The notes under the pieces: generated by a model
The model's input: the letters and a program-made list of their open reading frames with translations, nothing else
What the model was told of the DNA's origin: nothing
The model's database searches: none
Program-made: the position numbers and the translations under genes
Part shown: positions 19,081-26,868 of the stretch, piece after piece
How the letters are laid out: the number at the start of each line of letters is the position of its first letter
How positions within the stretch are numbered: the first letter of the stretch is position 1
From: a virus
Lineage: Duplodnaviria > Caudoviricetes
Strand: one strand, 5' to 3'
Length of the DNA: 34,297 nt
IMG/VR virus record: IMGVR_UViG_3300032225_001493
Coordinates: 1-34,297 of that record

Positions 19081-19788
19081 ATGACCCTCGCCTCTGTCCG
19101 TGATGCTGCCCAGGAGGTGGCAAAGAAGGGCCAGATCCTGCCCCATCAGCTGGCGGCCCTGACCGCTTTGGATCAGGCTCTGACGCCTGAGCAACGGCAG
19201 GCCTTCACCGACGACTGGAGGGCCGCAGGGAGCCCGGCGGCGCCGGCGGTGGCCAAGCCCAGCAACCCGCTGGCGGTTCCCTACTTTGCCCAAGGCGACA
19301 ACGGCGTTGAGGGCTGGCGTCAGTGCCAAACATCTTCCATCGCCATGTGCCTGGCCTACCTGGGCCTCGGCGGAATCAAGGATGACGTGGACTACCTGCA
19401 TGTGGTTCAGCGGTTCGGTGATACCACCGACCAAGCAGCGCATCAAAAGGCCCTGGCGTCGCTGAATGTGAAAGCCCGGTTCGTGCAGAACTGCTCAGCC
19501 GCTCAGCTCCAGGCCGCGATCCGCGCCGGTCTGCCTGCCGCAATCGGGATCCTTCACCATGGCACCGTCACCGCCCCGGCCGGCGGCGGGCACTGGATCA
19601 CGATCACTGGATTTGATGCGTTCTCTTGGATCGTCAACGATCCCTATGGCGAGCTCGATCTAATGGCCGGCCGCTGGCTGCGAATTGGTGGCACCAGTGG
19701 CAAGGGCCTGCGCTACAGCTACCGCAACCTGAATCCTCGCTGGCTGCCGGATGGCGCCGCATCCGGCTGGGCCTGGCTGTTCAGCTGA
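19081..19788 (+). CDS. C39-family cysteine peptidase, putative endolysin
   Basis: LAVPYFAQGDN, CQTSSIAM (catalytic Cys), GGGHW (His), VNDPYG (Asp). Confidence 0.85.
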   Translation: MTLASVRDAAQEVAKKGQILPHQLAALTALDQALTPEQRQAFTDDWRAAGSPAAPAVAKPSNPLAVPYFAQGDNGVEGWRQCQTSSIAMCLAYLGLGGIKDDVDYLHVVQRFGDTTDQAAHQKALASLNVKARFVQNCSAAQLQAAIRAGLPAAIGILHHGTVTAPAGGGHWITITGFDAFSWIVNDPYGELDLMAGRWLRIGGTSGKGLRYSYRNLNPRWLPDGAASGWAWLFS

Positions 19789-19966
19789 GCGGCATTGGCC
19801 GGCCCTGGCTCACCAGCAGGGCCCGGTAGCGCTCGAGGATGTGCGGGCCGCTGCGATCCTGCAGGCAAACCCCACCGGCGCAGATCTCCCAGCAGCAGCC
19901 GCCGGCGGCATCAACGACGACGTGCAGGCGGTTGCCGTCAGACTGGAGATCCTGAGGTGATGTCAT
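19781..19966 (-). CDS. Hypothetical protein
   Basis: 61-aa ORF fills the gap between lysin and the next gene; its start overlaps the opposite-strand ATG. Confidence 0.35.
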   Translation of the reverse strand: MTSPQDLQSDGNRLHVVVDAAGGCCWEICAGGVCLQDRSGPHILERYRALLVSQGRPMPLS

Positions 19967-20237
19967 GGCCTGGCTTGATCCCAGTCTCAGTCTGTCGGCT
20001 GAGCTCGACCTGGAGCGCGCACGCCGGGCAATCCCCAGGCTCCACCGCCATGACCTCGAGGCCCGGCTGGATTCGGCGCTGGTCCACCTGGTGACACAGG
20101 ATCAGCTGCTGCGGCAAGCGTTGGCGCGGGTGCAAGAGCTGGAGCTGCGTGAGATCGTCAGCCAGCCGCCGAGTGATCAGCACCACGCCTGGGCCGCCGA
20201 GGTGCGCGGGTGGTTTGGGTTGAACTCAGCAGGCTGA
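19965..20237 (+). CDS. NblA-like two-helix protein (putative phycobilisome degradation adaptor)
   Basis: LSLSAELDLERARRAI...DLEARLDSALVHLVTQDQLLRQAL resembles the NblA helix-loop-helix pattern, by eye only. Confidence 0.5.
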   Translation: MAWLDPSLSLSAELDLERARRAIPRLHRHDLEARLDSALVHLVTQDQLLRQALARVQELELREIVSQPPSDQHHAWAAEVRGWFGLNSAG

Positions 20238-21111
20238 GTTGCACCGGCTGCGCCAGCAGCTCCCCCTCCAGCGGCCTGCGCAGCGCCGCTTCTCCCTCGC
20301 GGAGCTGGGTGCGCGCGGTACGCACGCTGATCCCCTCAGCCGCGGCCAGGGCCCCGATCCGCTGCTCAGCGCAACCGATCCCCCAGGCGGCGCAGACCAG
20401 CCGGACCTGAAGCGGCGGCAGGGCCGCCAGCCGGGCATGGAGCTCAGCCACCTCTGGGTCGGGCTCCGATGGGGCAGGGGTGGCCAGCAGATCACCCAGG
20501 CGCGTTTTATCCCCTCCGGCCACCTCGGCGTCAAGGGAGCATGGAGGCATGCCGGTGGACAGCACCAAATCAACATCCGCCAAAGTCATCCCCAGCGCTT
20601 CGGCCAGCTCGGCGCGGGTGGGCTGGCGGCCAAGCTGCGCGGTCAGTTGTTCACCAACCCGGCCCAAGCGGGTGATCTTCGGGGCGTGGGTGGATGGCGG
20701 GCGAATCAACCGGCTGGAGCTGTCGGCCCAGCGGCTGATCCCTTGCCTGATCCACCAATACCCAAAGGTCGAGAACTTGTAGCCTCGGGCTGGGTCAAAT
20801 CGCTCGGCGCCCCTGACCAGCCCCATGGCGCCAGCTTGGAACAAGTCGGGCAGATCGGCCTCCCCCACCTGCCGGCCCAAGCCCGGGCGCATCGCCTTCG
20901 CCACATGAGCGACCAGGCGCAGATTGGCCTGAACGATTCGATCACGAGCCCGGCGCCCTCGGCGTGCGACTCCAGGCAAAGCCTGGCCAGGACCACCGGG
21001 GTGATCCTGCCAGGCCCGCACCATGGCGCCAAGGTGAACTTCCTCGGCCGCCGTCAACAATGGAACCCGGCCGGCACCCTGGAGCCAATGAGTCGCCGCG
21101 TCGTCGCTCAT
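20158..21111 (-). CDS. RNA polymerase sigma-70 family factor (RpoD/group-2-like)
   Basis: Region 1.2 GRVPLLTAAEEVHL; region 2 ANLRLVAHVAK, DLFQAG, FDPARGYKFSTFGYWWIRQGI; region 3 LGRQPT..ELA; divergent region 4. Confidence 0.93.
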   Translation of the reverse strand: MSDDAATHWLQGAGRVPLLTAAEEVHLGAMVRAWQDHPGGPGQALPGVARRGRRARDRIVQANLRLVAHVAKAMRPGLGRQVGEADLPDLFQAGAMGLVRGAERFDPARGYKFSTFGYWWIRQGISRWADSSSRLIRPPSTHAPKITRLGRVGEQLTAQLGRQPTRAELAEALGMTLADVDLVLSTGMPPCSLDAEVAGGDKTRLGDLLATPAPSEPDPEVAELHARLAALPPLQVRLVCAAWGIGCAEQRIGALAAAEGISVRTARTQLREGEAALRRPLEGELLAQPVQLSLLSSTQTTRAPRRPRRGADHSAAG

Positions 21112-21114
21112 GGG

Positions 21115-21267
21115 TCAGGGCGGCGTTGGGCAGACAAGCACCGCTGCCACGCCCAGCAAGCAGGCAAAAAGCAACACTTCTGGATTGCCAATGAAAATCA
21201 TGGCAATGGTCCAGGCGACGATGCAAAGCAGCACCGTCATTGCCAATCGGATGGCAGTTGGGTCCAT
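21115..21267 (-). CDS. Small two-TM membrane protein (not in the ORF track)
   Basis: 50 aa MDPTAIRLAMTVLLCIVAWTIAMIFIGNPEVLLFACLLGVAAVLVCPTPP; TGATG overlap with SSB stop; fills the gap before the sigma gene. Confidence 0.6.
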   Translation of the reverse strand: MDPTAIRLAMTVLLCIVAWTIAMIFIGNPEVLLFACLLGVAAVLVCPTPP

Positions 21268-21857
21268 CAAAAGGGCGCCTCTTCAAAATCGCCAAACTCG
21301 TCAACAAAGCCGCCGCCGGCATCGGCCACGCTGTAGCCTTCCTGCTCCTCAAAGCCTTCGGTAGCGTCCTGCTCTTCCCGGGGCACGAACGCCACCACCT
21401 GGCACGCCTTCGGCTGCAGGCTCAGGCCCGTCCCTTCGGGGCGCTCCCAGGCGTAGGTATTGAAGCTCAGGATCACCTCGGAACCGTTGCCGATGGCGGC
21501 ACCATCCCAAGGCTGTTTCTTGGCGTCGATGACGCGAGGCCCTGGCGCCGTGCTGCCGTCGTCGCGCGTGAACTGCTGGGTCTTGAACTTGACGACCACC
21601 TTTGATGCGTCGTCTTTGTCAGCCTTCCAGGGTTGGCCCTTGTCGCTGCGCTTCTTCTTGCTGCCGTGAGCTTCGGTGAAGATCGCGTCAAGCCTTTCGA
21701 TGAACGCGGCGTGACTGGGATTGGTCTTGGGCTCCAGCACCAGCTCACAGGTCCAGGCTTTTGGCTTGGATTCGTCGAGCTGCGCGCGGGGCGTGATCAG
21801 GTGGGCCCAGCGCACGCTGGCGCGGGGGGTGTAGTGGATCTCAGATGCCATGGTCAA
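21267..21857 (-). CDS. ssb: Single-stranded DNA-binding protein (T7 gp2.5-like)
   Basis: TP..VRWAHL..P, PRVIDAKKQP...IGNGS, GLSLQPKACQV; acidic tail ending in F. Confidence 0.88.
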   Translation of the reverse strand: MTMASEIHYTPRASVRWAHLITPRAQLDESKPKAWTCELVLEPKTNPSHAAFIERLDAIFTEAHGSKKKRSDKGQPWKADKDDASKVVVKFKTQQFTRDDGSTAPGPRVIDAKKQPWDGAAIGNGSEVILSFNTYAWERPEGTGLSLQPKACQVVAFVPREEQDATEGFEEQEGYSVADAGGGFVDEFGDFEEAPF

Positions 21858-22111
21858 TTCAGGGGGGAAAGTGGATCAAGGCCCGCACCAAGGCGGATCA
21901 GGTGATGCGCAGCGCCGGAGCGGCTGAGCTGGTGCCGCTCCACCAGGTCGAGAATCGCGGCGGCAGAGTCAGCCCTGAGGCTCACCATCACCACCACCGA
22001 GCCGCCACCCAAGCGCTGCGCGCTCCCGTAGGTGCGGCGGTTCTGGGTGGCTGGCAACGTCGGCCGGCGCTTGCGCGGCTCAGGCTCTGAACTCTGATGC
22101 TTGCGGGTCAT
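21854..22111 (-). CDS. Ribbon-helix-helix DNA-binding protein
   Basis: VVVMVSL strand, helix, LSRSGAAHHLIRLG. Confidence 0.6.
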   Translation of the reverse strand: MTRKHQSSEPEPRKRRPTLPATQNRRTYGSAQRLGGGSVVVMVSLRADSAAAILDLVERHQLSRSGAAHHLIRLGAGLDPLSPLN

Positions 22112-22377
22112 GCTGCTGCGTCGTCAACGATGGACAGGACAGGGGCCATGCGAGCCGGCGGGTAATCGCCGAGCAGGTCGGCCAGTTCCCTGGCCAGCCG
22201 CTCAATGGTGTCGGTCTGCCGGCTGAGCCCCAGCATCCGACCGATGCCGATCGGGCCGGGGTTCTGCTCCAGGCTGGCTGCTGCCTTCTCAGACAGCGCA
22301 GCCTGGTATTCGTTGCCCACCTGCTCGAGGAGCTCCAAGGCACGGCGAAGGCGTTCGCGGTTGCGTGGGTCGTTCAT
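22108..22377 (-). CDS. Hypothetical protein
   Basis: ATGA overlaps on both sides; helical 89 aa. Confidence 0.65.
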   Translation of the reverse strand: MNDPRNRERLRRALELLEQVGNEYQAALSEKAAASLEQNPGPIGIGRMLGLSRQTDTIERLARELADLLGDYPPARMAPVLSIVDDAAA

Positions 22378-23027
22378 GGCCGCACCAGCCCGGCAGCTTC
22401 GCCGGTAAAGCGGTCCACAAAGTCAAGGTGTTGGAACTGCACGATCAACGGCGCAATCGCCTTCTCGCTGGCAGGCACTTTGAAGGCGCTGCGAAAGCTG
22501 ATGGCGAACGACTTGCGCTCGGCCGCGTCCATCTCCTTGATCATCTGGATCGCCGCGGCCTTCTCCTGATCGCTCAAGGGATCCTCGGGCGCGCGAGCTG
22601 GCACAGCCGGCTCGGCGATAACCACGCCGCAGGTGGCGGCGGCCAGCGACTCAGCGGCTACATCAACCGCTTCAACCGGATCCGCTGGTTTATGCGGTTT
22701 CCGCATTTTTTTATCAGGCTCAGCAGGCTGAGCCTCTTGCGGCAAAGGCAAAGCGCCCAGCAGGCCCAGGATCAAAGCCAACGGGTCATCCCCAAAGGCC
22801 TTTTCCTCTGAACCAGCGCAGTGGCGCAGGATCGCTTCGGTCACTTCCCCATCAATGGGGCGAAACAACCAGCAGAAGCCGGCTTCATTGGCAGCCGCCA
22901 AAACATTGGCGGCGCCTTGGCCATGGGTTTGAAGCTGGAGCCGGGCCAGGGCGGCTGAAAACGCCGCGTCGGCATCGAATGCCCGGAGGGCCAGCTCCGT
23001 GGATAAGAGTTGGGGTTGTTGGTGCAT
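22374..23027 (-). CDS. Hypothetical protein
   Basis: Open frame; start MHQQPQ (23027) preferred because 23028-23090 carries promoter-like signals. Confidence 0.65.
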   Translation of the reverse strand: MHQQPQLLSTELALRAFDADAAFSAALARLQLQTHGQGAANVLAAANEAGFCWLFRPIDGEVTEAILRHCAGSEEKAFGDDPLALILGLLGALPLPQEAQPAEPDKKMRKPHKPADPVEAVDVAAESLAAATCGVVIAEPAVPARAPEDPLSDQEKAAAIQMIKEMDAAERKSFAISFRSAFKVPASEKAIAPLIVQFQHLDFVDRFTGEAAGLVRP

Positions 23028-23053
23028 GTGGTGCGAAAGTGCTGCACCAGCGG

Positions 23054-23083
23054 ACCTTAGCTCCAAGCTAAGCAACCGCGCAA
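23054..23083 (-). promoter_or_regulatory. Leftward sigma70-type promoter with overlapping inverted repeat
   Basis: TTGCGC-N18-TAAGGT on the minus strand; perfect IR CTTAGCT-cca-AGCTAAG at 23056-23072. Confidence 0.45.
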
Positions 23084-23823
23084 GCATTTAGCTCAGAACT
23101 CCGACCATCACCCCCCCCCCCCCCCGATTGGGTGGCACTCCGACCCGCCAACGCCGCGGCCCAATCACCGATCCAACTCACCACAGCCCACTCGCCCTCC
23201 TCAGGGTTCCAGCAGGGCTGGAGCAGCTCAGGGGTAAAGCCACCGGCCAGGCCATCTTCAACCGCCTCGCGGGCAGCAGCAGGCACCACGCGGGCAAACT
23301 GCCCCATGGCCTGGAGCGGGCGCAGCTTGTGGGCTGCGCCAACCTCGATCACCTGCTCTCGCCAGTCATCGCCCAGGTCAATGGCGGCCTGCTGGGTGAG
23401 CTCTGGAAAAGGCGCAAGCGGCTTGGGTTGCAGCCAGTCGGGGGTGGGGCGGATCCCGGCATGACACTCCCAGAAAGCCGCAGGGCCCCAGGGCTGGCCA
23501 GCCTGATCGCAGATCGGCTTGCTGCCGGTCAGCTCGTCAAGGATCTTGCGGGAGCTCACCCCCTTGTAATCGCCGGCGGCGACCCGGGCGTTCATCTCGC
23601 CCAGGTACAGGAACAGAGGCGCGCGCGGGTGCTTGGTTCTGCCTGTCTCCAGTTCGCTCAAGCCGCTATGGGGCAAGGTGGCAAACGGCTTGGCAGCCTG
23701 ATTCGCCCACTCGGCGGCGGTGTACTGGGTCCAGCCGTTGCGCTCCCGCCAGCGGCGGAGCATGGCGCCGAAGGCAATGGCGGCTTCGGCCTGGGTGTTG
23801 CGGACCTGTTCACGGGTGCTCAT
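23068..23823 (-). CDS. XRE-family HTH regulator, putative immunity repressor
   Basis: FGAMLRRWRERNGWTQ...LSELETGRTKHP; next to the integrase; no S24 peptidase domain visible. Confidence 0.75.
   Translation of the reverse strand: MSTREQVRNTQAEAAIAFGAMLRRWRERNGWTQYTAAEWANQAAKPFATLPHSGLSELETGRTKHPRAPLFLYLGEMNARVAAGDYKGVSSRKILDELTGSKPICDQAGQPWGPAAFWECHAGIRPTPDWLQPKPLAPFPELTQQAAIDLGDDWREQVIEVGAAHKLRPLQAMGQFARVVPAAAREAVEDGLAGGFTPELLQPCWNPEEGEWAVVSWIGDWAAALAGRSATQSGGGGGDGRSSELNACAVA
23111..23125. repeat. C15 homopolymer (G15 on the coding strand)
   Basis: 15 consecutive C near the repressor 3' end. Confidence 0.95.
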
Positions 23824-23962
23824 GGTCGTAATCCTGGGTGGGTGCCACAACCCTAAGGTCTTGATTCGGCTTGCCGCCACTGGGAACTCCGACCCTCAGC
23901 GCAACAGCATCCGAACTGCTGCAGGTTGACGCGGCGGCGCTACTGGGCTCAGACTCCTGAGC

Positions 23963-24130
23963 ATGACCAGACCGCTCACGCCACGCGAGGCCCTGCTCTC
24001 CAGGCTTACCAGCTACGCGGCTGAGCGTGGATTGCCCCAACTCGATCTACCTCCAGCCACTGCAGCGCCAGACCGAACAGCGCTCGCTGTTCAACTGGTG
24101 ACGCCCCAGAGAAGAACGCCGGATCGCTGA
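23963..24130 (+). CDS. Possible small divergent ORF (55 aa), antisense to the integrase 3' end
   Basis: MTRPLTPREALLSRLTSYAAERGLPQLDL...; upstream TTGACG and an IR GCTCAG-actc-CTGAGC. Confidence 0.3.
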   Translation: MTRPLTPREALLSRLTSYAAERGLPQLDLPPATAAPDRTALAVQLVTPQRRTPDR

Positions 24131-25310
24131 TCCTCGTCGCAGCCTCGGCCGCGTTCGGCGATGACTGCGGGCGCCGGCCCATGGCTTCGATTTCCTGCCG
24201 CAACGCCGCCACGGCTGGCGCCAGGGAAGCATTTCGGCGCGCTAATTGCTCAAGCTGTTCAAGATCCTGGCGCTTGGCGGCGATCGCCGGATCCTCGTCC
24301 GGTGGCATCACGGCCAGGGCAGCCATCCGATCAGCAGCGGCGACAGCGGCGGCCACCGCTGCCGGCAGCGCCAGCTCTTCCCGAATCCCGCCCTTCTCTT
24401 CACACAGCCGATGGCGGCACCTCCACCAGGCCGTCCCTCCTGAATTGTTCCGCCTCAAGGTGTGACCGCAGGAGGCGCACCGCAGCAGCCCGGTCAACCC
24501 ATGGCGCACTTCGTTGGCGTGACCCTTAAACCGGTTGGCTGGGCGCCGCAGGAACTGCGCCAAATCGTGCCAATCCGTTTCGCTGATCAACGCCGGATGC
24601 TGGTCGTATTGGATCTCCCCCCACCGCTGGGCCCAGCCTTTGCCGCTGCTGCGGTCCCAATGGTGCCCGATGTGGCCTCGAATTACGGGATTGCAGAACC
24701 ACGCTTGCAGGTTGGTGGGAGCCGGGGTCCAGTCGCACCAGCTCGGCAGTTCATTGGACACGCCGGTAAAGCTGCCCACCTCCCGCAGCCGCTCCAGAGC
24801 ACGCAGCGCCTGGGGCCAGTGCGCCGGGTGTGGCTCCAGCTTGTGGCCATCGCCGCCCTGATACCCGAACGGCTTCCGCCTGCGCAGGTGGCGGCCTTGG
24901 GCGCGATAGGCATCGAACTGCCGCCGGATGCGCTGGCTAAGCATGCGTGACTCAACTTCCGCCATGGTCGTGAGCAGCCGAGCCTGGAGGAATCCCGACG
25001 GACTGGCGGCCTCGATGGTGCCGCCATCAAGGGCCGTGATCGTCACCCCTTGGATTGCACACAGGGCGATCAGCTCATCAGCAAAGGCGGCATCCCGCCC
25101 CAGTCGATCCGCGCGGGTGATCAGCAGCTCACCAGCCCGGCCGGCCCGCACGGCTGCGATCACCTCGGCCAGGCCGGGGCGGTCGTTGTGCCGGCCGCTC
25201 TCCAGCTCCGACACCACACGGTCACAGCCGGCAGCCTCCAGCCTCATCACCTGGGCAGCGAGGGCCTCGGCCTGTTCGTCAGTGCTGCAGCGGGCATAGC
25301 CAAGGCGCAT
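24006..25310 (-). CDS. int: Large serine recombinase (integrase)
   Basis: GYARCST catalytic Ser motif, SG...RPGL, DRLGR, PFGY, recombinase domain (NPVIRG, HPALIS), zinc ribbon LTGLLRCASCG...WRC, coiled coil. Confidence 0.95.
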   Translation of the reverse strand: MRLGYARCSTDEQAEALAAQVMRLEAAGCDRVVSELESGRHNDRPGLAEVIAAVRAGRAGELLITRADRLGRDAAFADELIALCAIQGVTITALDGGTIEAASPSGFLQARLLTTMAEVESRMLSQRIRRQFDAYRAQGRHLRRRKPFGYQGGDGHKLEPHPAHWPQALRALERLREVGSFTGVSNELPSWCDWTPAPTNLQAWFCNPVIRGHIGHHWDRSSGKGWAQRWGEIQYDQHPALISETDWHDLAQFLRRPANRFKGHANEVRHGLTGLLRCASCGHTLRRNNSGGTAWWRCRHRLCEEKGGIREELALPAAVAAAVAAADRMAALAVMPPDEDPAIAAKRQDLEQLEQLARRNASLAPAVAALRQEIEAMGRRPQSSPNAAEAATRISDPAFFSGASPVEQRALFGLALQWLEVDRVGAIHAQPRSW

Positions 25311-25461
25311 GGATAGGCTGCGGGCCAGTGGATCCAGACCCTAGCGCTATGTCTTCCTTTTCCTTGGATACGGTTGCGTAAGCGCTTCATGGTGTGTAGG
25401 GTGATCCCATCACCAGGCGCGGGCGCTGCCCCCTGGCTGATCACCCACAGCATTCACGATC

Positions 25462-25647
25462 ATGTCCGCCACCTGCCTGCTGGCATGGGCCCTGGCCCTG
25501 CTGCTGTTGCCTGTCCTGCTCATCGCCCGCCTCACTGAATCCCGCACCGAAACGGTTCAACGCCTCCACCGTTCCGGCCTCAGCCAACGTCGCATCGCCG
25601 ATCGGCTCGGCTGCTCCCGCTGGAAAGTGCGGCAACTGCTGGCGTAA
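25462..25647 (+). CDS. Membrane-anchored HTH protein
   Basis: Hydrophobic N-terminal helix then LHRSGLSQRRIADRLGCSRWKVRQLL; upstream TTGCGT-N17-TAGGGT. Confidence 0.7.
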   Translation: MSATCLLAWALALLLLPVLLIARLTESRTETVQRLHRSGLSQRRIADRLGCSRWKVRQLLA

Positions 25648-25662
25648 CGGATGTGTTACGAT

Positions 25663-25747
25663 TTGTGAACTGGCCACCCTGACCCCTGCCGTACCGTCAC
25701 GGATGGGCTACTATTAGGGCATCGGAGGGGAGGCCCTCCACCACCCA
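25663..25747 (+). repeat. Promoter cassette repeat, copy 1
   Basis: TTGTGAAC.GGCCA...CCGTCACGG.TG.GCTACTATTAG..CATCGGAGGGGAGGCCCTCCACCACCCA. Confidence 0.92.
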
Positions 25748-25756
25748 CCATTAGCC

Positions 25757-25921
25757 ATGTATTCCGCCCGCATCACTAAAACCGAGCTTGGATTCTTTGC
25801 TCTGGTCGTTCGAATCGATAGCGACGGCAGCGAGCAACTTGATCCTTGCTTCCGAGGCCGGCACTTTGCAAGCCGTAAGGCCGCCGAGCGTTCAACTGCA
25901 AAGCACATCGCCGCCGCCTGA
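25757..25921 (+). CDS. Small hypothetical protein (54 aa, not in the ORF track)
   Basis: MYSARITKTELGFFALVVRIDSDGSEQLDPCFRGRHFASRKAAERSTAKHIAAA; starts just after repeat copy 1. Confidence 0.7.
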   Translation: MYSARITKTELGFFALVVRIDSDGSEQLDPCFRGRHFASRKAAERSTAKHIAAA

Positions 25922-25977
25922 CCCCCACGGCCGGCCGGGAGCCCATCCCGGCCATCCATCCCACCGCATCGCCTTCA

Positions 25978-26187
25978 ATGTTTCGCACCGTCAAAGCCGT
26001 CCGCCAAGAACTGCACCGCCGTGGCGGCTACATGGAAACCATCCGCGACACCGAGTTGCCCCAATACGCTCCGCATCTGTCCATGACTGAACAGGGCTGG
26101 CCACATGGCATCTGGATCAAAGACGAACTTCTTGGCTGGGCCAATGACACGCAGATGGGAACCATTCGCCACCCCGACTGGTACTGA
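25978..26187 (+). CDS. Small hypothetical protein
   Basis: 69-aa ORF after the hairpin GGCCGGGA-gccca-TCCCGGCC. Confidence 0.65.
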   Translation: MFRTVKAVRQELHRRGGYMETIRDTELPQYAPHLSMTEQGWPHGIWIKDELLGWANDTQMGTIRHPDWY

Positions 26188-26190
26188 CCC

Positions 26191-26415
26191 ATGCCTGACC
26201 CCACCGCCGCCGAGCGCGCTCGCCGCTACCGCGAACGCCAGGCCGGGCGGCTGCCGCCAGCGCAGCGGCCAACCTGTCAGGCCTGCGGGATCCTGCACAC
26301 CGGGGCTCGTGGCCTGCTGTGCTCCAGGTGCTGGACCCGGTTGACCCCAGAGGGCCGGGCCGATCGAGCAGACCGAGTGCGGCGAGCGCAAAAGCGCAAG
26401 CGTGACGGATTGTGA
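26191..26415 (+). CDS. Basic zinc-finger protein
   Basis: AERARRYRER, CQAC...CSRC, Arg-rich tail. Confidence 0.7.
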   Translation: MPDPTAAERARRYRERQAGRLPPAQRPTCQACGILHTGARGLLCSRCWTRLTPEGRADRADRVRRAQKRKRDGL

Positions 26416-26494
26416 ACTGGCCAGCCGTTGGCCTGCCGTGCCGTCACGGATGCGCTACTATTAGTTCATCGGAGGGGAGGCCCTCCACCACCCA
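26410..26494 (+). repeat. Promoter cassette repeat, copy 2
   Basis: Same 85-bp element with identical spacing. Confidence 0.92.
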
Positions 26495-26503
26495 ACAAAG
26501 CAA

Positions 26504-26710
26504 ATGACCACCATCATCAACGGCCGCAGCTTCCAAATCACCGAAAACACCAATGAGTTGATCAACCTGCGCAAGCACCTGATCAACCAAGGGTTTGACG
26601 GCACCATCTGGGAAGGTTTCAGCGCTCGCACCGGCCGTCAGCGCAAAGACCTCTACTCAATGATCTACCGCAAGCCATGCGGTGAATTTGTAGCCGCCGT
26701 TTCTGTTTGA
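26504..26710 (+). CDS. Small hypothetical protein
   Basis: 68 aa, lower GC, starts just after repeat copy 2. Confidence 0.75.
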   Translation: MTTIINGRSFQITENTNELINLRKHLINQGFDGTIWEGFSARTGRQRKDLYSMIYRKPCGEFVAAVSV

Positions 26711-26723
26711 CCTGACCCCCACC

Positions 26724-26748
26724 GCCCCCGGTCACCCGGGGGCTTTTT
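26724..26748 (+). terminator. Intrinsic terminator T1
   Basis: GCCCCCGG-tcac-CCGGGGGC-TTTTT. Confidence 0.88.
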
Positions 26749-26773
26749 CATGCCTTGGCCGGATTGCGACAAT

Positions 26774-26858
26774 TTGTGAACCGGCCACCCTGACCCCTCC
26801 CATGCCGTCACGGGTGCGCTACTATTAGTTCATCGGAGGGGAGGCCCTCCACCACCCA
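26774..26858 (+). repeat. Promoter cassette repeat, copy 3
   Basis: Same 85-bp element with identical spacing. Confidence 0.92.
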
Positions 26859-26868
26859 CGAACCAACC

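Noticed and set aside
22374-23880. Frameshift fusion of the repressor to the downstream ORF through the G15 tract
   Set aside because: Both alternative frames stop before 23087 (TGA right after the run, or TAA at 23088-23090).
24006-25310. Invertase/shufflon acting on the cassette array or fibre genes
   Set aside because: Domain layout is that of a large serine integrase, and the repeats are direct with all cassettes co-oriented.
25663-26858. CRISPR array interpretation of the three repeats
   Set aside because: Repeats are 85 bp, the intervals are hundreds of bp and contain ORFs, and no cas genes are present.
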